From positions 1 through 64,000 of IMG/VR virus record IMGVR_UViG_3300019360_000002: 64,000 nt of DNA. One strand, 5' to 3'. Position numbers and translations under genes: made by a program. The notes under the pieces are model-generated. The model did no database searches. It was not told the DNA's origin and saw only the letters and a program-made list of their open reading frames with translations. The DNA comes from a virus. Shown here piece by piece: positions 56,822 through 64,000 of this stretch; within the stretch, counting starts at the first letter, position 1, and every line of letters begins with the position of its first letter.

Positions 56822-58659
56822 TGCCCACGCTGTCTGAAAAGCTGATGGCCAAGTTCGGCCTGCCGCACCCACGGTCGAGCGCCGGATTGGCACTTGCGCA
56901 GGGTGGTGTATGTCTTTCGCCTGAGCTGGCGCGCATCCTGGCGCTGCCCAGGCGACCGGCGGAAGGCTCTGCGCCTGATCTCACCGAGCTTTACTCAAGG
57001 GGTGTGGCGAACTGCGGCGTCGCACACTGCCGAGTGTGCGTGGCCGGCGAGCCAAGGCTTCGGCCCATCCAGTCCCAGATGCTCTGGGAGGGCGACCGTC
57101 GGCAAGGGCTCCTCGGCATGGCCAAGATCGGCTCGGGTAAGACGCTCGCCTCCCTGCTCATGCATGACGCGATGAACGCCACCCGCACCGTGCTGCTCGT
57201 CAAGTCGAGTCTGCGTGATCAGCTCATTAACATCGACATCCCAGCCTACGGCCGCCACTTCAAGCTGCCCCCGGTTTGGTCCGCCAAGAACACCAGAAAC
57301 TACGAGCGCTCGGGCGTGTACGTGCTCTTCTATCACGAACTGTCGGATTCGCACAAAGGCCATTGGCTTGAGCGCATTGCGCCCGACCTAGTGGTTGCTG
57401 ACGAGGCGCAGGTTTTCCGTAACGTGCATTCGGCTCGGTCCAAAAAGTTCTACCGCTACATGGACGAGCACCCGGAGTGTCGGTATTGTCCGCTATCCGG
57501 GTCGATTGCCAAGCGGTCAATCCGCGATGTAGGACCGCCGAGCGAACTTGCGCTTCGCAAGGACAGCCCGCTGCCCAAGGGACGGGCGCTCTTCGAGTGG
57601 TCGTGTGCGCTCGATCGCGACGTGGAAAAGCCACTTGGCCCCGGCAAGCTCATGCTGTTTTGCGGCCCCGGCGAGGACCATCACGACGGTTTCCGTCGGA
57701 GACTTCGCGAGACCGAAGGTGTGGTGGCGTCGGAGAAAGACACTATCGACACGGCGCTTGAGGTCTTGCCGCATAGTCCACCGCTCTCGCCGGTCATTAG
57801 CGCCGCCTTGGCTGAGCTGGCCAGGCTGTGGCGCTGGAACGAAGACGAGATTTCCGACGCGCTCCACTATGCGCGTCTCGCCAAGCAGATCGCCCAGGGC
57901 TTCTACCTCAAGTGGGATTGGCCCGGCGGTGTGCTCGATGAGGAATGGCTCACAGCGCGGTCAGCCTGGCACAAGGAGGTGCGCGAGTACCTTCGCTACC
58001 ACTCAGTTCCAGGAATGGACTCCACGCTCCAGCTCGCCAATGCCGCACGCCACGGGCACTGGCTGTCTGAGGCGTGGCCCGCCTGGAATGTGGTCAAGGA
58101 CCGACCCGAGCCGCCCACCGAGGCAGTGTGGCTAGACACCGCGTACATGCCGGGTGTGGTGGCCAACCTCGTCGAGGAACTGAACGCGTCCGACGAACCG
58201 CTCGGGAAAAAGAACGCTTCGGGCGCGACGCGAGGTCTCATTATATGGTATGAAAACATATCAATGGGCGACCTCTTGGAGAAGACGTACCCGAGATTCG
58301 GTCCAGGCGATCGAGCGGCTGCGCAATTGGCAAAGATGCACCCGAAGGACCACCCGGTCATTGTGTGCTCTCGGGCATCGCACGGTGAGGGGAAGAACCT
58401 TCAGGACTACACCGATGCGTTCTTCATCACGCCGCCGGCCAACTCCCTTGATTGGAATCAGACAGTCGGTCGTGAGCTGAGGCCCGGCCAACTGGCAGAT
58501 ACGGTACGGGTGAAATGGCTGGCGAACACCATCGACCTTCAGAAGGCGTTCGTGAACGCGGTCAAGAACGCCGAGACCTTGCAGAAAAACACGGGTGAGG
58601 AGCAAGTGCTCCTGATCGCCGACGGAGCGGCCCTAGCAGAGACGGCGAAGGCCGCGTGA
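56821..58659 (+). CDS. Superfamily 2 (SNF2-like) helicase
   Basis: LRPIQ, GSGKT, ADEAQ, LSGS, GEGKNLQ, QTVGRELRPGQ. Confidence 0.85.
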   Translation: MPTLSEKLMAKFGLPHPRSSAGLALAQGGVCLSPELARILALPRRPAEGSAPDLTELYSRGVANCGVAHCRVCVAGEPRLRPIQSQMLWEGDRRQGLLGMAKIGSGKTLASLLMHDAMNATRTVLLVKSSLRDQLINIDIPAYGRHFKLPPVWSAKNTRNYERSGVYVLFYHELSDSHKGHWLERIAPDLVVADEAQVFRNVHSARSKKFYRYMDEHPECRYCPLSGSIAKRSIRDVGPPSELALRKDSPLPKGRALFEWSCALDRDVEKPLGPGKLMLFCGPGEDHHDGFRRRLRETEGVVASEKDTIDTALEVLPHSPPLSPVISAALAELARLWRWNEDEISDALHYARLAKQIAQGFYLKWDWPGGVLDEEWLTARSAWHKEVREYLRYHSVPGMDSTLQLANAARHGHWLSEAWPAWNVVKDRPEPPTEAVWLDTAYMPGVVANLVEELNASDEPLGKKNASGATRGLIIWYENISMGDLLEKTYPRFGPGDRAAAQLAKMHPKDHPVIVCSRASHGEGKNLQDYTDAFFITPPANSLDWNQTVGRELRPGQLADTVRVKWLANTIDLQKAFVNAVKNAETLQKNTGEEQVLLIADGAALAETAKAA

Positions 58660-58732
58660 GGATGGCTGTACGTGGCGGCACAAGCCGCTGCGATTTGCGG
58701 CTCGCAAGAGCCGATAGATGGAGAGGTGACCG

Positions 58733-59221
58733 ATGGGGAGATTTTCTGGTATCAAGGATGCGAAGTGGAATCCGGGCGGTGTGTACTTTGAGCCGGGACA
58801 GTTCTTGGTTCGGGTGGACACGGTGAAGGTGATCGAGAGCCGCAAGAAGGAGGAGATGTTCATCGTCGAGAACACCCTGCTCGACAGCGATCATCCCAAG
58901 CTCAAGCGCGGGTCGTCGGTGTCCTGGGTGGTGCTCAGCTCTTGGGACACGTACCTTGGATCGATCAAGCACTTCGTCTCCGTCGCTCAGGAGATCGAGA
59001 TGGATGATGTCGACGAGTCCGGCATCGAGATGGTGGTGTCCGAGGACAACCCGTGTTCGGGTACCATCCTCAAGGTCGAGGCCAAAAACGTCCGAAAAAA
59101 GGACGGCGGCGACTTCACCAAGTGCGTGTGGTCGTGGCCCGAGCCCGAGGACTTCGCCAAGATCGGGCTCAAGCCCGACGGCACCAAGCTCGACAAGCCG
59201 GTCGAGCAGAAGACGGCGTAG
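58733..59221 (+). CDS. Putative single-stranded DNA-binding (OB-fold) protein
   Basis: Lies between helicase and polymerase; YFEPG.F.V.V..VK pattern. Confidence 0.5.
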   Translation: MGRFSGIKDAKWNPGGVYFEPGQFLVRVDTVKVIESRKKEEMFIVENTLLDSDHPKLKRGSSVSWVVLSSWDTYLGSIKHFVSVAQEIEMDDVDESGIEMVVSEDNPCSGTILKVEAKNVRKKDGGDFTKCVWSWPEPEDFAKIGLKPDGTKLDKPVEQKTA

Positions 59222-59327
59222 CAAGTTCTGGTCATCGGCGGGGGCGGTGTCCGGGGAATGAGCCCTTCGTGCACCGCCCCCGTCGGCGGCCTTCTACCGT
59301 TTTGACTCGCAATTCTGGAGGGCGCGG

Positions 59328-61388
59328 ATGTACGACCTTGTTCCGGTTCAACCCGAAGAGCCGTACCTCTGTGCGTTCGACACCGAGACCTTCCTCATCC
59401 GGCAGGGTCTCCTAATCCCCAAGCTCGTATGTCTCAGCTACGACGACGGGAAAGCCTCTCTACTCTACGCACGTGAGGATGGTCTTGACTGGCTAGAAGA
59501 GCGTCTGCGCGATCCGAACACCGTCTTGACCACGCACAACGGCCCGTTCGACCTCGCGGTGTGTGTGGCTCGAAGGCCGCGCCTTTTGCCACTCGTGTTC
59601 GACGCCTACCAGACCGGTCGCATTCGCGACACGCGCATCAGGCAGAAGCTCATCGACATCGCGAACGGCGAGCACAAGTTTCACTTCGACCAGCGCAAGG
59701 CCGATGCCGGCGAGCCTGGCCGGCAGAAGTCCAGATACGGCCTCGACAACCTCGTGTGGCGTCACCACGGCGTGGTCTTGGATAAGGCCAACACCTTCCG
59801 CCTGCGCTTCGCCGAGCTGGACGGCGTGCCGGTCTCGGAGTACCCCGAGGCCGCCAAAGTCTACGCGATGGACGACTCCCGGTGGACGCGCCTTGTGCAC
59901 GTCTCCCAGGACAAGGCGATGGAGTACGACGCGGCTGAGACCGTGCCGTTTTTCCCCAACGAGCTACCGCAGACGTGCGCCGCCTGGGCGCTCCATCTGA
60001 TGAGCGCCTGGGGGCTGAGGACCAACAAAGAAGCCGCTTACAAGCTCCGGGACAAGTATAAGGGCCTCGTCGACGCTGCTTGGAAGAAGCTCAAGGTGTG
60101 GGGGATGGTGCGTGGCGACGGCACCAAGAACATGGCTGCCATCCGCGAGGCCATCGCTCAGTGCTACACGTCGCGCGGTGTCCAAGTCCCACTCACGGCC
60201 GGTGGGGACGGCTCGACCGACGCCGACACCCTCGCCGAGATCGTCATGCACGAAGACGAATTCGAGGCGCTGGAGAAGAGTGACTTGCCGCTTCCAGAGT
60301 GGCCGCCCGAGGCGCGCGTCACCGTGCTCGACAACGTAGGTGAGGCCGAGCACGCCTTGACCGCGTTCGTGCCCATCGTCTTGGCCGGTGTCGACTCGCC
60401 CATCAACCCGGGCTTCAACGCGCTCGTCGAGACCGGTCGAACCTCGTGCGAGAAGCCCAATCTACATAACCCGCCTCGCAAGGGCGGAGTCAGGGAGACA
60501 TTCGAAGCCAGGCCGGGCTTCGCCTATGTGGGTGCGGACTACTCGACGCTAGAGCTTCGTACGCTGGCTCAGTGCTGCTTAGAAATCGTGGGCCAGAGCG
60601 AAATGGCCGAGGCCATCAAGCGCGGTGAGGATCTGCACGCGTCCTTCGGCGCCGAACTCATGGGTTTGTCCTACGAGGAGTTCGATAGGTTGATCAAGGA
60701 CGGAGACAAGGCTGCCGAGGACATGCGCCAGCTCTCCAAACCCGCCAACTTCGGCTTCCCCGGGGGCATGGGGGGAACCGCGTTTGCGGCGTATGCACGC
60801 GGTTACGGTGTGAACATCGACACCAAGCGCGGCAAGGAGCTTCAGAAGGACTGGCTCAAGAAGTGGCCGGAGATGCCGCCTTACTTCCGCCACATCACTG
60901 CTATTACGTCGCGTGGAGAAGGGACGGTTATTCAGCTTCTATCTGAGCGCGTGCGTGGCGGACTGAGCTACACGAAAGCGGCCAACACCTACTTTCAGGG
61001 CCGCGCCGCCGACCTCGCCAAGGACGCGCTCTGCCACGTGACGCGCGAGTGCCACCTCGGGGTCAAGCCCGACGGCACACCGAGCCCATTGGCTGGCTGT
61101 CGTCCGGTAATCTTCCTTCATGACGAGATCATCCTGGAGGCCCCGTACGACAAGGCGCGGCCCGAACTCGCCTCCGGCGCTGCCAAGCGCTTGAAGGAAG
61201 TCATGGAGGAACGCGGCAACTACTGGTGCCCAGATGTGCCCATCGAGGCTGGCGCCGTCATGATGAAAAATTGGTGGAAGGGAACCAAAGCGGTGTACGA
61301 CGACAAGGGCAACATGTTGCCGTCGCGTCCTGAGAAGGTAAAAGGATCAGACGGCAAGGAGAAAACCAAGTGGGTTGCCGTCAATTAG
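59328..61388 (+). CDS. polA: Family A DNA polymerase with 3'-5' exonuclease
   Basis: Exo motifs FDTET, HNGPFD, YAMDD; TGRTS...PNLHN; motif A ADYSTLELR; motif B RQLSKPANFG; motif C LHDEI. Confidence 0.92.
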   Translation: MYDLVPVQPEEPYLCAFDTETFLIRQGLLIPKLVCLSYDDGKASLLYAREDGLDWLEERLRDPNTVLTTHNGPFDLAVCVARRPRLLPLVFDAYQTGRIRDTRIRQKLIDIANGEHKFHFDQRKADAGEPGRQKSRYGLDNLVWRHHGVVLDKANTFRLRFAELDGVPVSEYPEAAKVYAMDDSRWTRLVHVSQDKAMEYDAAETVPFFPNELPQTCAAWALHLMSAWGLRTNKEAAYKLRDKYKGLVDAAWKKLKVWGMVRGDGTKNMAAIREAIAQCYTSRGVQVPLTAGGDGSTDADTLAEIVMHEDEFEALEKSDLPLPEWPPEARVTVLDNVGEAEHALTAFVPIVLAGVDSPINPGFNALVETGRTSCEKPNLHNPPRKGGVRETFEARPGFAYVGADYSTLELRTLAQCCLEIVGQSEMAEAIKRGEDLHASFGAELMGLSYEEFDRLIKDGDKAAEDMRQLSKPANFGFPGGMGGTAFAAYARGYGVNIDTKRGKELQKDWLKKWPEMPPYFRHITAITSRGEGTVIQLLSERVRGGLSYTKAANTYFQGRAADLAKDALCHVTRECHLGVKPDGTPSPLAGCRPVIFLHDEIILEAPYDKARPELASGAAKRLKEVMEERGNYWCPDVPIEAGAVMMKNWWKGTKAVYDDKGNMLPSRPEKVKGSDGKEKTKWVAVN

Positions 61389-61505
61389 GCACGTTATTGC
61401 GATTCGCACATCAAGTTGTTCCGGTGCTGAATTAGCGGCCCGTTACAGAGTCAGCCGCGCCGTAATCAGTAGCGTTTTACTTCGTAAAACCTGGAAGCAC
61501 GTGCC

Positions 61506-62054
61506 TTAGTTCACGTGCTTGTCGGACAGCCGATCCATCGACCGCTCCGGGCTTGCGCTTCGCAATTTATGACGGTGCAGGTACCATAGCCCGATGCCGA
61601 TGGCGTCGAAGATGTTCTCGTTCTGCTTGGCGCTCTGCACCAGCATCACGTTGTCCATCTCCCTCGGCTTCAGATCCGCCAGGCAGCGGTTCTTGGTCAC
61701 GATCTTCTTGACCTGGCCCTTCCACTCGGCGGGCAGGATGAACAGCTTTTCCTTCACCGGAGCCAAGGAGGCGTAGCGCTCCATGATGGCCCCGGCCACC
61801 GCCGCCACCGCGATGAGGTCGTTCGGGTCGCCTTTGGACTTGTCGACGCCGTACACCTGCGGTAGTTCTATGACCACGGCCGCGTACTCGTAGCCGCCTA
61901 TGAACGCCGCGCAAGAAACATCGACCACCGACTGGGCCAAGTTCTTCTCGGTGTTCTTGACGAGATGGGCGCGACGCAGGTAGTAGCGGTTCTGGTGGTG
62001 GTCCCACACCGCTACCCCCGTGAACCGCACGCCCGGGTCGATGGTGACGATCAC
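61506..62054 (-). CDS. RuvC-like Holliday junction resolvase
   Basis: IDPG...GVAV; VVIE; P.EWKG...K; DAIGIG. Confidence 0.75.
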   Translation of the reverse strand: MIVTIDPGVRFTGVAVWDHHQNRYYLRRAHLVKNTEKNLAQSVVDVSCAAFIGGYEYAAVVIELPQVYGVDKSKGDPNDLIAVAAVAGAIMERYASLAPVKEKLFILPAEWKGQVKKIVTKNRCLADLKPREMDNVMLVQSAKQNENIFDAIGIGLWYLHRHKLRSASPERSMDRLSDKHVN

Positions 62055-62281
62055 TTGACCGGCCTCCGCACGAGCACCGTGCGTTCAGTGGTGCGTGTGC
62101 GACCCTCTGTAAGTTCGATGACCTCTTGGGCGTAACCGGCGCGCTTGTAGCTGGCAGCCGATTCTTGAAGGTATTTTGCAATAACCTCCATTTTCTTCTC
62201 GTCTTTGATTACAAGATCCCCCTCTTGCGTATCTCCGGGGGCGATGAAGCGGTACTCGACTACGCCGTGAAGTTTCAGCAT
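62051..62281 (-). CDS. Hypothetical protein
   Basis: Coupled 76-aa ORF. Confidence 0.5.
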   Translation of the reverse strand: MLKLHGVVEYRFIAPGDTQEGDLVIKDEKKMEVIAKYLQESAASYKRAGYAQEVIELTEGRTRTTERTVLVRRPVK

Positions 62282-62282
62282 G

Positions 62283-62513
62283 TCACGCCGCCGTCTTCCA
62301 CGGCTTGATCTTCTTCTTCACCACCTTCCAGTCCGGCCACGACTGAAGGGAAACCTTGCCGTCGGTCCATACCTCGATCACCGCCGCCAGGTGCAGGCTC
62401 GGGGTGCAGCTCTTGGCCACGAGCATGTGAACGTACGCCTTGGTCTTGCCGAGAGCCTTGGCGGCGGTCTCGGCGTCGATCTCGTTTTCTTTGAGGAAAC
62501 CCTCGAAGTCCAT
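62283..62513 (-). CDS. Cro/XRE-like HTH transcriptional regulator
   Basis: AAKALGKTKAYVHML.....PSLHLA..IE..TDGKV. Confidence 0.75.
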   Translation of the reverse strand: MDFEGFLKENEIDAETAAKALGKTKAYVHMLVAKSCTPSLHLAAVIEVWTDGKVSLQSWPDWKVVKKKIKPWKTAA

Positions 62514-62518
62514 GCTTA

Positions 62519-62547
62519 TGAGGTAAACAATTTTTTGTTGCTTGTCA
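62519..62547 (-). promoter_or_regulatory. Promoter of the HTH gene with operator in the spacer
   Basis: Minus strand TTGACA-17-TACCTC; AAACAATTTTTTGTTG at 62525-62540. Confidence 0.6.
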
Positions 62548-62752
62548 AATAAGTCGAACCCCGAAAAAGGCGACCCCCGCGCCTTGGATCAGAAGGCCGG
62601 GGGTCTTGAGCGCGATGGCCGGGTTAGGCGTGTGGAGGACGACTTCCGGGAGGCGCTAGGAAAAGAGTAGCAAGTGCCCAGGGTTTGGTCAATGCGAAAG
62701 CGGACTTGCGAAGCACAAGTGGAAGCCTTTAGACTACGAGCCGGAGGGACCC

Positions 62753-62962
62753 ATGCCTGCCAAGCAAACCTACTTGATACGTCGCCTCGCAGACGGGACG
62801 CAGCGGACGGTGCAAGCCTTCTCTGGGCGCGGCGCGATGCAGGTGTTCGTCGCCGGGTACGGACCTCCGGTCGGCGAGGACTTCGCCGTCAAGGTTCGTG
62901 GCGAAGACGGGTGGGAGCACTTCCGCGTCACGTCTGGCGGCATCCGCAAGCTTGCCGGTTAA
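62753..62962 (+). CDS. Hypothetical protein
   Basis: GGAGG RBS, 69 aa. Confidence 0.55.
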   Translation: MPAKQTYLIRRLADGTQRTVQAFSGRGAMQVFVAGYGPPVGEDFAVKVRGEDGWEHFRVTSGGIRKLAG

Positions 62963-62974
62963 CCAGGAGCAATC

Positions 62975-63244
62975 ATGTCCGAAGATAACTTCGAGATCAT
63001 CAAGGAGTTCCGGTCGGTGGATGGCGTGGTTGCGACTATCACAGCGCGTCTGCGAAATGGGAGAAGGAATTATACTTACTCCCTGAAGAAAGAGTTCGAC
63101 AAGGAGGGCGGCGTCGCCCAGACACCGTGGCTCCAGAAGCAACACCTCAAGGCGGCAAGGGCGCTGCTCGATCAGGTCGAGGAGTTCATTCAGCAGGCCG
63201 AGGATGTTGACCGCGCCGCCTACCGAGACCGCTTGGCAAAGTAG
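62975..63244 (+). CDS. Hypothetical protein (possible nucleic-acid binder)
   Basis: AGGAG RBS, 89 aa. Confidence 0.6.
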   Translation: MSEDNFEIIKEFRSVDGVVATITARLRNGRRNYTYSLKKEFDKEGGVAQTPWLQKQHLKAARALLDQVEEFIQQAEDVDRAAYRDRLAK

Positions 63245-63676
63245 ACCGAGCGCCTTATGATAGGGCCTCATGTGGTGGCTGCTGCTCGTGCTGGTTACCG
63301 TCTTGGCCCCGTGGGTGCTGTTTGCGTGCACCCTCCGGCCGACGGTGGGCGAGTGGCAGCTCTGTGACAGGGCTGAGGCCCAATGCCGTAGCGTAGACCC
63401 TGAGCTGGAACGGGAACGGCTCTTCCGGCCGCCCGACACCTGGGACCATACCGGGCCGGGGCGAGCCCGGCGAAAGCGAGGCGGCGCCGGCAGACCGAGG
63501 TGGAAACAGGGCGAAAGCTCCCACCACGTCTGTCGGGCCGCCTCGTCTGCTTTTCGGGACCCAGTTGCCGTTGTCGTCGACGTTGGCAATGAGCCAGCAC
63601 GCCGCCGCAATCAGAGGCAGGGTAACCCCCGCAATTACCAGTACAGTCCACATGGGACGCGCAGTATAATCAGGCC

Positions 63677-64000
63677 ATGGCCACGGAGAAGCGAAAAGTG
63701 CTCGACGCTCAAGGCCGCTCCATTGGTGCCGAGTGGCAGCTCGACACCGCGCACGGCACCGTGATGGTGTTCCAGCCCGAGGGCTACTCCAGCTCGGATG
63801 GATCGGTCCTCTACGTTCATGGCTACTTCGACACCGTGCTCACGGCCTGGAAGAAGCACCGGCTGCCCGAGCAGTTCTACGTGAGTGGGGTCAAGGCCCT
63901 GTTCATCGCCCCCGAGGCACCCAAGTCGAGCGGGGACTCGGTGAAGTGGGCTAGTCTATCGTCACTCCTCGACACGGTGGCGATGATGACAGGTGTCCGC
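63677..64000 (+). CDS. Alpha/beta-hydrolase-like protein (truncated by the window edge)
   Basis: TATAAT at 63665; MATEKR...VLYVHGY...LPEQF....ALFIAPEAP. Confidence 0.5.
   Translation, partial: MATEKRKVLDAQGRSIGAEWQLDTAHGTVMVFQPEGYSSSDGSVLYVHGYFDTVLTAWKKHRLPEQFYVSGVKALFIAPEAPKSSGDSVKWASLSSLLDTVAMMTGVR

Larger units (their letters stand above)
2141..61565. repeat. Dispersed palindrome TTGCG-N3-CGCAA (at least 24 perfect copies)
   Basis: Perfect copies at 2141, 3391, 6490, 9030, 11400, 16364, 18179, 27868, 29082, 31187, 34051, 37983, 38601, 41147, 44544, 46371, 48499, 50723, 53834, 55116, 56688, 57548, 58695, 61553. Confidence 0.9.

Noticed and set aside
1-64000. tRNA, rRNA, att sites or host-genome junction
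   Set aside because: None recognisable by eye, so prophage versus free virus and the host identity cannot be determined from this window

Overview
This 64-kb window is GC-rich and appears entirely viral: most of a dsDNA prokaryotic virus genome, with no recognisable host genes. No HK97 capsid, portal, terminase, tail or tape-measure gene is visible. Instead, 6.5-28 kb is a virion module suggesting a tailless virus with an internal membrane. It encodes: (1) a transglutaminase-like Cys protease split by an intein at its catalytic Cys; (2) about 15 small Gly-rich proteins with a C-terminal TM helix and basic tail, many starting M-S-Y; (3) a protamine-like, R/S/A-N-P-repeat core protein; (4) two ~200-aa beta-rich candidate single jelly-roll capsid proteins, the first split by a group I intron (14369-15200) encoding a LAGLIDADG endonuclease; and (5) three paralogous spike-like proteins. 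The rest carries accessory genes (GT2-like, dcd, HNH nucleases, tyrosine recombinase, Tad2-like, MTase, WYL, thyX, NUDIX, NDT, tmk, TSCPD), an AT-rich origin-like region and a replication module (AEP primase-helicase, PD-(D/E)XK nuclease, SF2 helicase, SSB-like, family A polymerase, RuvC-like). The strongest unexplained signal is the palindrome TTGCG-N3-CGCAA, found by eye in at least 24 perfect copies plus many one-mismatch copies throughout the window, inside and between genes. Other signals include a second operator-like palindrome (CAACAAAWWTTTGTTG) at six promoters and displaced paralogs of both the capsid and core proteins. All calls come from reading motifs by eye; no searches were run.
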